A stretch of DNA of 64,000 nt from Bacteroidales bacterium UBA5762 (GTDB taxonomy: Bacteria; Bacteroidota; Bacteroidia; Bacteroidales; TTA-H9): contig DIEY01000072.1 of NCBI GenBank assembly GCA_002418865.1, positions 51,881-115,880 of the forward strand, read 5' to 3'. Both the position numbers and the translations under genes were made by a program. Position 1 is the stretch's first letter; each line of letters starts with the position of its first letter. Positions 18,846 to 28,118 of this stretch are shown piece by piece. The notes beneath the pieces are model-generated. The model was not told the DNA's origin. It saw nothing but the letters and a program-made list of their open reading frames with translations, and did no database searches.

Positions 18846-18870
18846 TATTATATTTATTCTAAATGGATCT

Positions 18871-19959
18871 TTATTTCTTTCTTATTTTTAAATCATTTAC
18901 GATGCTTCGAATCTGCTGTTCGTCATTTTTATTGCATATTAGTAACATACCTTCATCTTCTACCACAATAAGATTATCTAATCCTTGAAGCACGACAATT
19001 TTTTCATGAGGCACATGCACGATACAATTATGAGTATCGTAAGCCATAACTTGATTACCAATGATGGAGTTGCTATTTGAATCTTTTTGACGAATTTCGT
19101 ATAAAGAAGCCCATGTACCCAAATCGGACCAACCAAAATCTGACATGAGTGTATAAACATTGTCGGCTTTTTCCATCACGCCGTAATCAATGGAAATACT
19201 TTTGCAGTGGGTATAAACATGTTCGATAAAGGCTTTCTCGTCGGGTGTATTGAAAAGCTCTTTACCCTCGTTGAATAAAGAAAAAATATCAGGTAAATAA
19301 GCTTCGAGAGCGTGAAGTATAGTTTGCAAATTCCAAATAAAAATACCCGCATTCCATAAAAAATCGCCACTAGCAAGAAAAGCCCTTGCAAGCTCAAGAT
19401 TGGGTTTTTCGGTGAAGGTTTTTACTTTTTTGATGCGTGAATCAACGCCAGGGGTAATTTCATCAATAAATTGTATATAACCATAACCTGTATCGGGCCT
19501 ACTGGGTTGAATACCCAAAGTTAGCAGCCAGTTATGTTCTCTTGCTGTTCTAAGGGCGGTAGCAATTACTTCATGAAATCTTGCCTCATTTTGAATAATA
19601 TGATCCGAAGGAGTCACAACAATGTTGGCCGATGGATTACTGTTGGCAATACGATAACTGGCGAAAGCAATGCATGGAGCAGTATTACGACCTGAAGGCT
19701 CACATAGTATATTTTCGGGCGGAAGCTCGGGAATTTGTTCTCTCACTAATGAAAAATATTTTTCGTTGGTAACCACAAAAATATTTTCAATCAAGCAAAT
19801 AGGTTTAAACCTCTGAAAAGTTTGTTGTATCAGGGTTTGCCCAGTTCCAAGAAAGTCGATGAACTGTTTGGGGTGGTCTTCACGGCTCATAGGCCAAAAA
19901 CGCGTCCCAACACCTCCTGCCATTATAACACAATAATCGTTTGGATTCATTTCTTTCAA
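18871..19959 (-). CDS. manC: Mannose-1-phosphate guanylyltransferase
   Basis: IMAGGVGTRFWPMSR..PKQF, EPSGRNTAP, PSDH, PDTGYGYI, FTEKP, SIDYGVMEK, WSDLGTW. Confidence 0.95.
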   Translation of the reverse strand: MKEMNPNDYCVIMAGGVGTRFWPMSREDHPKQFIDFLGTGQTLIQQTFQRFKPICLIENIFVVTNEKYFSLVREQIPELPPENILCEPSGRNTAPCIAFASYRIANSNPSANIVVTPSDHIIQNEARFHEVIATALRTAREHNWLLTLGIQPSRPDTGYGYIQFIDEITPGVDSRIKKVKTFTEKPNLELARAFLASGDFLWNAGIFIWNLQTILHALEAYLPDIFSLFNEGKELFNTPDEKAFIEHVYTHCKSISIDYGVMEKADNVYTLMSDFGWSDLGTWASLYEIRQKDSNSNSIIGNQVMAYDTHNCIVHVPHEKIVVLQGLDNLIVVEDEGMLLICNKNDEQQIRSIVNDLKIRKK

Positions 19960-19983
19960 ATTTTTTTATTTTGGCTCTTTATG

Positions 19984-19991
19984 CAAATGTA
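19984..19991 (-). promoter_or_regulatory. -7 box TACATTTG for manC-dpp7
   Basis: CAAATGTA on + strand. Confidence 0.65.
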
Positions 19992-20005
19992 AAGATTTCA
20001 TATTT

Positions 20006-20635
20006 CTACAAAAAAGGTTTTACAAAAATTGAAGGGTCCATTTTAAATATGGCCCCAGTGGTGAGCTCCTTACAAAGAATAACATCTCCCTGTCGACCAA
20101 TACTTTGAAATGAGTCCTTAGATAGAAAAAATTTACTCTCGATGGGTAATCTCCCCAACTGAACCGAATAGGGACTTCTTTCCTTACTATTATAGTTTTC
20201 GAGAACCTTACCTAACCTCTTGTCGGAGGAAGTAGAGCCATATCGACTCCTTAGATGAGCCTCGAAAGCCTCCTGGATATCAGCAGGAAAAACATTATCA
20301 TTTATAAAAGGTTTAGAAATTTCAATGAAAGCGGAATGCCATTCCTTTCCATGAGGCCTTACTTCGGTTTTAAATCTTTCCTGAACCAGCAGATGGGCAA
20401 ATTCATGCAATAGGGTGATTAAGAACTGATAACGATTAAGATTGATATTGATGCTGATACGATGTCTATTGTTGGTAGTATTGAATAAATAATCTCCCAT
20501 TCGCCCTCGACGTGGATAAGTAACCACCAAATCAACCTGAAAACGAAACAATAGGTCGACCACACGCTTAAGAGCAGCTTCAGGCAATAAAGAGGCTAAA
20601 TTTCTCTCTATTAAACTCCTTTCCTTTATTGTCAT
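20006..20635 (-). CDS. SprT-like zinc metalloprotease domain protein; start probably 20635
   Basis: PRRGRMGDY, ITLLHEFAH (HExxH), PHGKEW. Confidence 0.85.
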   Translation of the reverse strand: MTIKERSLIERNLASLLPEAALKRVVDLLFRFQVDLVVTYPRRGRMGDYLFNTTNNRHRISININLNRYQFLITLLHEFAHLLVQERFKTEVRPHGKEWHSAFIEISKPFINDNVFPADIQEAFEAHLRSRYGSTSSDKRLGKVLENYNSKERSPYSVQLGRLPIESKFFLSKDSFQSIGRQGDVILCKELTTGAIFKMDPSIFVKPFL

Positions 20636-20828
20636 ATACTTTATCCACTTTGAATTGAGTAAATGAGGGGCAATCACAATCTTTCGACTTATTTCGCTGA
20701 TTTCTGTGTTGTGCTTTGCGCGAACTTTGACATGATAGCATGAGTATACACATACACAACAAAATAAAAAGATTTAACCATTTATTTCTAAAATGAACTT
20801 TTGCAAGATTTCGTATGGGTTTAGTCAT
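20580..20828 (-). CDS. Small basic lipoprotein with CDCP motif, function unknown
   Basis: Hydrophobic stretch ending in lipobox MLSC, basic linker, CDCP; 3' end overlaps the SprT-like gene. Confidence 0.5.
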   Translation of the reverse strand: MTKPIRNLAKVHFRNKWLNLFILLCMCILMLSCQSSRKAQHRNQRNKSKDCDCPSFTQFKVDKVYDNKGKEFNREKFSLFIA

Positions 20829-20891
20829 ATAACAATTCCCCTTTCATCAAATTCATTTTCTTGTTATTAACCCATGAAGCCTACAAATATT

Positions 20892-21731
20892 TTATGATGA
20901 AGATTCATTAGAAGAAATTTTATTTTCTGTTGGGTGATCGGAAAAATGCTGTTTTGGATTTCCCATTCCTGAGCTTTGAATATAGGATTTCACTTGTAGA
21001 TTTTCTTCGGGTAATAAGGGTGGGCCGATAGGCTCGATTAGGTCGGCACCATCTGCCTTGGGTGATTTGATGAGCGGACTAATTGGATAAGCATTCATTA
21101 AAGAAGCATCAAAAGGTTTTAATAAGGCAGTAATATCGGAAAGAGGAAGCCTCAAATCGAGCCACTTTCTTTCATCTGAAGGACTAAGGATAACAGGCAT
21201 TCGTTGATGAGGGAGTTTCAACAGCAGTTCGTTGGCCACTGTCGTTATAATGGCAAACGACCGTATTTTTTCACCTGTCTGCGGATTTATCCATTCATCC
21301 CAAATACCCGCCATGGCAAAAGGTCTTATTTTGTTTCTGAGATATATTACAAAAGGTTTGTTCAATCTTTCTTCAGTAGTTCCTTCGATAAAAGCATCGG
21401 CGATAACCAGACAACGTTGTGAGCGTATAGGTTTGCGAAAGGCAGGCTTCTCGATAATTCCTTTAGCTCCTTTATAATTTGGAGAATTGTCGAGGTTATG
21501 CTCTCCCTCGGCTCTGGCATTAATAAAAAACTTATCTGTTTTCGACCAATAAGGAGTCATACCAAATCGCAACAGCTGCAACTGATGAGGATTATTGCTA
21601 GCAATAACTGGAGCTAACCTACCAGGGGCAATATTATATTGAGGTTTTAAAGGAGCATCGAATGCAGCTCTCACATTAAACCTTTTTTCTATATTTTCGA
21701 GTTTCTGTACTAAAATATATCTTCCGCACAT
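20892..21731 (-). CDS. SRAP family abasic-site processing protein (YedK/HMCES-like)
   Basis: N-terminal MCGRY (catalytic Cys2), YNIAPG, INARAE, RCLVIADAFIE, MAGIWDEW, HQRMPVIL. Confidence 0.93.
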   Translation of the reverse strand: MCGRYILVQKLENIEKRFNVRAAFDAPLKPQYNIAPGRLAPVIASNNPHQLQLLRFGMTPYWSKTDKFFINARAEGEHNLDNSPNYKGAKGIIEKPAFRKPIRSQRCLVIADAFIEGTTEERLNKPFVIYLRNKIRPFAMAGIWDEWINPQTGEKIRSFAIITTVANELLLKLPHQRMPVILSPSDERKWLDLRLPLSDITALLKPFDASLMNAYPISPLIKSPKADGADLIEPIGPPLLPEENLQVKSYIQSSGMGNPKQHFSDHPTENKISSNESSS

Positions 21732-21823
21732 CTTATTCTATGAATCAATTTGAAAAGTAAAGTTAATCCAAAAAGCATTATTTTAAATTAAGTTGTATTT
21801 TTACTGAAAAATATACACAGAAA

Positions 21824-22372
21824 ATGATGAGTTTTTTAGATCTTGTTAAGACAAGACATAGTACCCGGCACTTCGAAGATCGCCCTGTTGAATATGAAAA
21901 ACTCGAAAATTGTTTGGAGGCTGCAAGGCTTGCTCCTTCGGCCAGTAATTCACAGCCGTGGACTTTTATTGTTGTTGACGATCCCAAATTGAAGGAAGAG
22001 GTTGCCAGAGAAACTTATAGTCCCTTGGTTTCATTCAATAAGTTCGTACTTAAAGCTGGTGCTATTGTAGTTATCGTTATCGAGAAATCCAAAATGATTA
22101 CCCAAATTGGAGAAACTATAAAAAAGAAGGAATTTCCTTTGATCGATATTGGAATAGCTGCAGAACATTTTTGCTTGCAAGCGCAGGAGGAGGGGCTTGG
22201 AACTTGTATTTTGGGATGGTTTAACGAAGCTCCCATTAAGAACCTTTTACATATTCCTCAATCCAAAACCATTGGCTTATTGATTGCCGTAGGTTATCCT
22301 GCAAATGAGACTCCCAAAGAAAAGAAAAGAAAACCTATGGATGAATTTCGTAAATACAACACATATCGCTAA
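21824..22372 (+). CDS. Nitroreductase family protein
   Basis: RHSTRHF, AARLAPSASNSQPW, GLGTCILG. Confidence 0.93.
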   Translation: MMSFLDLVKTRHSTRHFEDRPVEYEKLENCLEAARLAPSASNSQPWTFIVVDDPKLKEEVARETYSPLVSFNKFVLKAGAIVVIVIEKSKMITQIGETIKKKEFPLIDIGIAAEHFCLQAQEEGLGTCILGWFNEAPIKNLLHIPQSKTIGLLIAVGYPANETPKEKKRKPMDEFRKYNTYR

Positions 22373-22386
22373 ATCGATAAAACATT

Positions 22387-23325
22387 CTACCTCTGAATTC
22401 CTTCGAGAATGCTTTGGGCTTGTATTTTATCTTTTTTCAACTGATTTTTAAGCTGCTCAAGAGAATCGAATTTTATCTCATCTCTTAGTCTATCAATAAA
22501 ACTTATATTAATCACTTCGTCATAAATTTCATCGTTGAAATCGAATATATGAACTTCGATAGCAAACGAGCTATGGGCAATAGTAGGTCGTACGCCTATA
22601 TTGCTCATACCTCCATAAATTTTACCTTTATATTCAACCTTAGAAATATACACTCCATTAGCAGCAATAAGGGCGAGTCTGTCATCGGCCAAAATGTTGG
22701 CAGTAGGAAAACCGAGCTGATGCCCTAACCGATTTCCATGAATTACTTTACCAGAGATAGTATATGCATATCCTAAAAGTGAATTAGCCAAGCGAATATT
22801 GCCCGCATGAAGAGCATTGCGTATGCGAGTAGAACTTACTTCCTCTCCATCTATTAATAAAGGAGGAACTTCCTCAACTTTTAGTCCTAATTCATGAGCA
22901 AAAGATTGAAGTTTCAAATGGTCTCCTTCTCTGTCATGACCAAAACGGTGATCATAGCCAACCACAAGACAGAAAGTATGAAGCTGATTAACAATAAATT
23001 CACGTATAAAGACTTCCCAAGGCGTCATCGAAAATTCGATCGTAAATGGTAAAACGATTAAATGATCAATGCCTAATTCCGATAAAAGCTGATATTTGCG
23101 ATGAGTTGAAGTAATTAACTTTACGGGTACGCCATATTGTGGCAAGACTAAACGAGGATGTGGTTCGAAAGTTATAATGATGGTTTCTCCCTGAATTTTT
23201 CGGGCTATTTCTTTTAAATGATTGATGATTTGCCGATGTCCCAAATGAACTCCATCAAAAGTTCCGACAGTAACAATTGGTTTGTTAAAAACAGGCAAAT
23301 GATCAAGATCTCTGTGAATTTCCAA
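22387..23325 (-). CDS. ribF: Bifunctional riboflavin kinase/FAD synthetase (TTG start)
   Basis: GTFDGVHLGH, VGYDHRFG, VSSTRIR, LGFPTAN, GVRPT, EVHI. Confidence 0.97.
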   Translation of the reverse strand: MEIHRDLDHLPVFNKPIVTVGTFDGVHLGHRQIINHLKEIARKIQGETIIITFEPHPRLVLPQYGVPVKLITSTHRKYQLLSELGIDHLIVLPFTIEFSMTPWEVFIREFIVNQLHTFCLVVGYDHRFGHDREGDHLKLQSFAHELGLKVEEVPPLLIDGEEVSSTRIRNALHAGNIRLANSLLGYAYTISGKVIHGNRLGHQLGFPTANILADDRLALIAANGVYISKVEYKGKIYGGMSNIGVRPTIAHSSFAIEVHIFDFNDEIYDEVINISFIDRLRDEIKFDSLEQLKNQLKKDKIQAQSILEGIQR

Positions 23326-23327
23326 TT

Positions 23328-24326
23328 TTAAAGTATATAATTTTTGTTGACTATGTATTCAGCAATTTGGACTGCATTAGTGGCAGCTCCCTTCAGCAAA
23401 TTATCCGCAACTATCCACAAATTGAGAGCCTTAGGGCAAGATTCATCCCTGCGGATGCGACCTACAAACACTTCGTCTTTCCCTTCAGCAAACAGTGGCA
23501 TGGGGTAAATGTTCTTTGAAGGATCATCTTGTACTATAATTCCAGGTGTTTTTTTTAAGATTTCAATGACTTCTTCAATAATATAGTCTTTTGCAAACTC
23601 AACATTTACGGCTTCGCTATGCCCACCCTTGACAGGGACACGCACTACAGTAGCAGTAACCTGTATTTGGAAGTCATTTAAAATTTTCCGAGTTTCATTT
23701 ACAAGTTTCATTTCTTCAGTAGTATATCCATTAGGCAAAAAGCTGCCTCCATGAGGGAAAACATTGAGATCGATGGGATATGGATAAGCAGGCTCAGTTA
23801 TAGAAAGTCCAGCCCGTTCGTTCATTAGCTGGGTTAAAGCCTTTGCCCCAGTACCTGTAACCGACTGATAAGTGGCTACAACAATCCTCCGAATGCCAAA
23901 GGACTTATGAAGGCCAGATAAGGCTAAAACCATCTGTATGGTCGAACAATTGGGATTAGCAATCAATCGCGTTGCCGATGTAATAGTGTCAGCATTGATT
24001 TCAGGCACTACCAACGGAACATTGGCTTGCATTCTCCAATAGCTACTATTATCAATCACAAATGTGCCTTGTTTGGTAAATTGTACCGCATATTTTTCCG
24101 ATACTTGATTGCCGGCCGAAAATAATGCAATATGCGGCTCTGCTTCTAAAACTTCTTCTACAGCTTGAATTTTAAGAATCTTCCCTCTAACAGGCATCTC
24201 CTTTCTATACGATTTTTGGCTGGCTGCCAAAAATATTTCGGCATCATCTGAAATAAACGAAGACTCTATTTTTTCTATCATTTTACGTCCTACAAGTCCC
24301 GTCGCTCCAATAATTGCTATCTTCAT
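23328..24326 (-). CDS. asd: Aspartate-semialdehyde dehydrogenase
   Basis: GATGLVG, IDNSSYWR, ANPNCST, YQSVTG, GGHSE, DNLLKGAATNAVQ. Confidence 0.97.
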   Translation of the reverse strand: MKIAIIGATGLVGRKMIEKIESSFISDDAEIFLAASQKSYRKEMPVRGKILKIQAVEEVLEAEPHIALFSAGNQVSEKYAVQFTKQGTFVIDNSSYWRMQANVPLVVPEINADTITSATRLIANPNCSTIQMVLALSGLHKSFGIRRIVVATYQSVTGTGAKALTQLMNERAGLSITEPAYPYPIDLNVFPHGGSFLPNGYTTEEMKLVNETRKILNDFQIQVTATVVRVPVKGGHSEAVNVEFAKDYIIEEVIEILKKTPGIIVQDDPSKNIYPMPLFAEGKDEVFVGRIRRDESCPKALNLWIVADNLLKGAATNAVQIAEYIVNKNYIL

Positions 24327-24468
24327 CAGCTATTTCTATCTATTGAAAATATTTCAGCCTCCTTTAAAAAGAAACTTTATTTTTTCGAGGCAAATGTTAC
24401 AAAACGGCAAAATTACTATATTTACCGATGTAAAGAGATACTGAACCTTACCAAATTTTTCTTTAACA

Positions 24469-27400
24469 ATGAGACTATATAATACTTTAAAAAAGAAAGC
24501 AAATTTGCTTAAAAAACTTATGCTTTTGATGTCTTGTCTCGGATATTTTCAGATACTTCATGCACAATTTACGGATGACTTCAGTGATGGAGATTTTTTA
24601 GCCAATCCCCCATGGACGGGCACTTCTGAGGTATTTATCGTAAATGCAGCTAAACAATTACAGCTCAATGCGCCCATGGAAGGTATGGCTTATCTTACAA
24701 CGGCTTCATCTAGCATAGAGTCTACGGAATGGAGATTTTGGATTAAATTAGGATTTAGCCCCTCCGCTAACAATTTTGCAAGGATATATTTGATTTCCGA
24801 CCAGGAAGACCTCTCGGGCGACTTGAATGGATATTATTTGCAATTCGGAGAATCAGGTTCTATTGATGCTATCGAGCTTTTTAAACAACAAGGACAAAAC
24901 ACTACATCCATATGCAGAGGAACTGACGGAAGCATTGCATCATCCTTCGCTATTCGTATTAAAGTAGTACATCAATCCGATGGACAATGGCTAATTTATT
25001 CCGATCCTACAGGAAACGAGAATTTTCAGTTAGAGGCAGTCGGCATGGATTCCAGTATCACCACGGGAAACAGGTTTGGAATCTATGCAAAATTTACTTC
25101 GAGCAATATCACCAAAATGTATTTCGATGATTTTTATACTGGACCAATTATCGTCGATACCATACCTCCTGAGCTGCTATCGCTTACTGTCGCTTCCGAT
25201 TCCAGCCTCATACTCGAGTTCTCTGAACCATTAGAACCTACATCAGCTCAAAATACCAATAATTACTCAGTTACTCCGGGTGATCTTCATCCCTTAGAAG
25301 CGAGTTTGCTACCTAATATTGTAAGTTCTGTCAGGCTCATATTTTCAGATCCTTTTCAATCAGGAGTAAATTATACTCTATTCATCAATAACCTCATTGA
25401 TTTAGCAGGGAACAATACAGGACCTATTTTTCGCCAATTTTCTTTGCATTCTTTACAACCCTACGACGTCGTAATCAATGAAATAATGGCCGACCCCGAC
25501 CCCTCTGTAGGTTTGCCCCTATGGGAATATATCGAACTATACAATACTACAACAGCAGAAATCTCCTTAAACAACTGGAGATTGCAAATCGGAAGTACGC
25601 CAAAAATAATGAATGATGTTAGTATAGGTCCACAGGCCTATTTAATATTATGTCGTCCTGAAGCTCAAAGCGAATTATCGGCTTATGGTGCTACAGCACC
25701 CATCGCTTCATTGTCGCTTAACAATACAGGACAGGTTTTACAGCTTTTTGACGATAGAAACATTTTGATTTCGAGAGTAAGTTATACCGATAAGTGGTAT
25801 AGGGATGCCTCCAAAAGCAATGGTGGATGGTCGCTCGAGCAAATCGATCCCTTATCTCCCTGCCTGGGAAGTAAAAACTGGATGGCCTCCATAAATATTT
25901 CGGGAGGAACTCCGGGAGGAATAAATTCGGTTTATTCCACTAACCAGCTGATACCTTTACCCGAGATGGTCGTCCCAATCTCCAACCACCAAATCAAGGT
26001 GATTTTCAATCAGGATATGGACAGCCTTTCATTGATTGATAGAACCAATTACAGTATTTCACCCAATTTGGAAAATCCTGAAAGCGTTGAACTCTCAGGC
26101 CCAGATTTTACAACCATAATTCTTCATTTTATTACAAATTTCGATTCGGCAAGCTCTTACATACTCTATTTTTCGACTCAAATACATAACTGCATAGGGC
26201 AAGCCATCCCCGAAAATACCTTTTGGGAATTCAATATTTCACAACCCAGCCAGATTTTTGATGTCATCATCAGTGAAATTATGGCTGACCCCGATCCTCC
26301 TGTACATCTGCCTAATGCAGAATATGTCGAAATATTCAATCGTAGCAACCACTCCATCGATCTTTCAGGCTGGAATTTTTGCATTGGAAGCAGTGACCAC
26401 CTTTTCGATCTTTGTTATTTAGAGCCTAAAGAATATTTAATTCTATCCCATGAAAAATATGTTTCCGATTTCGAAACTTTCGGAAATTTCTATGGATTTA
26501 GCAGTTTTTCACTTCCCAATAGTGGAGAAGCAATTGTACTGAAAAATGAAAAAGGAGAAGTTATTCACTGGGTTGATTATCAACAAGAATTTTATGGCAA
26601 ATCCCCTAAGCAAGAAGGTGGGTGGTCACTCGAAATAGTGGATATAGAAAATCCTTGCACCACAGAAGGAAACTGGCTACCTTCTATTGCCCCAGATGGA
26701 GGAACCCCAGGGCAAAAAAATTCTGTTTCGGCTTTACTGATGGATACTACCTTACCACGACTTTCACGCGCATATCCAATAGATCCTCAAAAAATTTGGC
26801 TCTATTTTTCTGAATCCGTCAATCAAATTGAAGCAACTCGTACGGAAAATTACTCTTTGAGCGATGGCCTTACTTTTTTGAATATTCATGCAATTGATCA
26901 TAGAAATAACATTTTTGAAGCTGAACTTTCTTCCGAACTCACTATTGGAGTTATTCATACTGTTTCTGCCAAAAATACCATAACCGATTGTATGGGAAAT
27001 CTCCTTCGTGATAATGAAGTGAAATTTGGTTTGCCCTTGCGTCCTTCAATGGGAAAACTAATTATCAATGAAATTTTAACTAATCCTTTAGAAGGAGGGA
27101 GCGATTATTTGGAAATTTTCAATATTTCGGATACCGTAACTGATCTTGCAGAGCTGGCATTAAGTTATACTTCTCCTTCGGGAAATTCATCTACCATCTT
27201 TCTTCCTCCCTTTTTATTGTTGCCTTTTGAATATTATTGCCTAACGCGTTATCCTTCAGCAGTTGCCAGCCAATATCCTCTTCATAAGAAAGACAATTTT
27301 GTTCAAGTGAATGATTTTCAGGATATTTCGAGTTCAGGCGGGATACTCCTTCTTCATCTCAAGGAAGATAGTTCACAAATTATAGAAAAATTCAGTTATT

Positions 27401-27888
27401 CTGCTGACATGCATCTGCCCATTCTAAAGAATCTCGATGGAGTAGCCTTAGAACGCATCAATCCCTTACGACCTGCTAATGATCGTACCAATTGGACTTC
27501 AGCTTCGGAAGCCTCGGGCTTTGGTACGCCAGCTTATGAAAATTCCCAATACTCTGCTTTACCTCTTGCTAAAGGTACGCTTACAATTGAACCTGAAATA
27601 TTTTCACCCGATGGCGATGGCTTCGACGATATTGTAAATATCACCATCAAGGCTCCTGCCGAAGGTTATGTGGCTAATATCAATCTGTTCGACTCTAAAG
27701 GTAGAATGGTGAAACAGCTTGCCAGAAACCTCATTGTTGGCAGTCAATGTACAATATCTTGGGATGGCATTCGCGATGACCTTTCGAGAGCAGCTGTAGG
27801 ATTTTACATCGTTTACTGCGAATTATTCGATACTTTAGGCAATACTGAAAAATTAAAATCAACTATAGTGCTTGGCGCAAAATTGTAG
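24469..27888 (+). CDS. T9SS-secreted surface protein with three lamin-tail (LTD) modules, Ig-like spacers and a type B (CHU_C-like) C-terminal domain
   Basis: Signal ILHA|Q; three repeats of I[NS]EI[ML]...[ED]Y[ILV]E[LI][FY]N...[AS]LE...GTP; C-terminal FSPDGDGFDD...WDG. Confidence 0.8.
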   Translation: MRLYNTLKKKANLLKKLMLLMSCLGYFQILHAQFTDDFSDGDFLANPPWTGTSEVFIVNAAKQLQLNAPMEGMAYLTTASSSIESTEWRFWIKLGFSPSANNFARIYLISDQEDLSGDLNGYYLQFGESGSIDAIELFKQQGQNTTSICRGTDGSIASSFAIRIKVVHQSDGQWLIYSDPTGNENFQLEAVGMDSSITTGNRFGIYAKFTSSNITKMYFDDFYTGPIIVDTIPPELLSLTVASDSSLILEFSEPLEPTSAQNTNNYSVTPGDLHPLEASLLPNIVSSVRLIFSDPFQSGVNYTLFINNLIDLAGNNTGPIFRQFSLHSLQPYDVVINEIMADPDPSVGLPLWEYIELYNTTTAEISLNNWRLQIGSTPKIMNDVSIGPQAYLILCRPEAQSELSAYGATAPIASLSLNNTGQVLQLFDDRNILISRVSYTDKWYRDASKSNGGWSLEQIDPLSPCLGSKNWMASINISGGTPGGINSVYSTNQLIPLPEMVVPISNHQIKVIFNQDMDSLSLIDRTNYSISPNLENPESVELSGPDFTTIILHFITNFDSASSYILYFSTQIHNCIGQAIPENTFWEFNISQPSQIFDVIISEIMADPDPPVHLPNAEYVEIFNRSNHSIDLSGWNFCIGSSDHLFDLCYLEPKEYLILSHEKYVSDFETFGNFYGFSSFSLPNSGEAIVLKNEKGEVIHWVDYQQEFYGKSPKQEGGWSLEIVDIENPCTTEGNWLPSIAPDGGTPGQKNSVSALLMDTTLPRLSRAYPIDPQKIWLYFSESVNQIEATRTENYSLSDGLTFLNIHAIDHRNNIFEAELSSELTIGVIHTVSAKNTITDCMGNLLRDNEVKFGLPLRPSMGKLIINEILTNPLEGGSDYLEIFNISDTVTDLAELALSYTSPSGNSSTIFLPPFLLLPFEYYCLTRYPSAVASQYPLHKKDNFVQVNDFQDISSSGGILLLHLKEDSSQIIEKFSYSADMHLPILKNLDGVALERINPLRPANDRTNWTSASEASGFGTPAYENSQYSALPLAKGTLTIEPEIFSPDGDGFDDIVNITIKAPAEGYVANINLFDSKGRMVKQLARNLIVGSQCTISWDGIRDDLSRAAVGFYIVYCELFDTLGNTEKLKSTIVLGAKL

Positions 27889-27950
27889 AATTTTTTCTGA
27901 ATTAATTCAAAAAACCTCATTATAAGATTTTATCTGTTTGTATAAATAAC

Positions 27951-27974
27951 TTTCCCAATGTAATGATTGGGAAA
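27951..27974 (-). terminator. Hairpin, probable polA terminator
   Basis: Perfect 9-bp stem TTTCCCAAT/ATTGGGAAA with a 6-nt loop, followed by GUUAUUUAU on the minus strand; lies between convergent genes. Confidence 0.55.
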
Positions 27975-28118
27975 TGGGTAATTATAAAATTTGAAGCAAG
28001 AATTTTACTCTGTTCAAATCCTATCCATTTCATGTAATGGGTTTTTTAACGCTTTAGACTCTATATTTGATCCTTCATCAAACCATCATTGGCAATAAAA
28101 ACCCAAGGTCCTAAAGTA

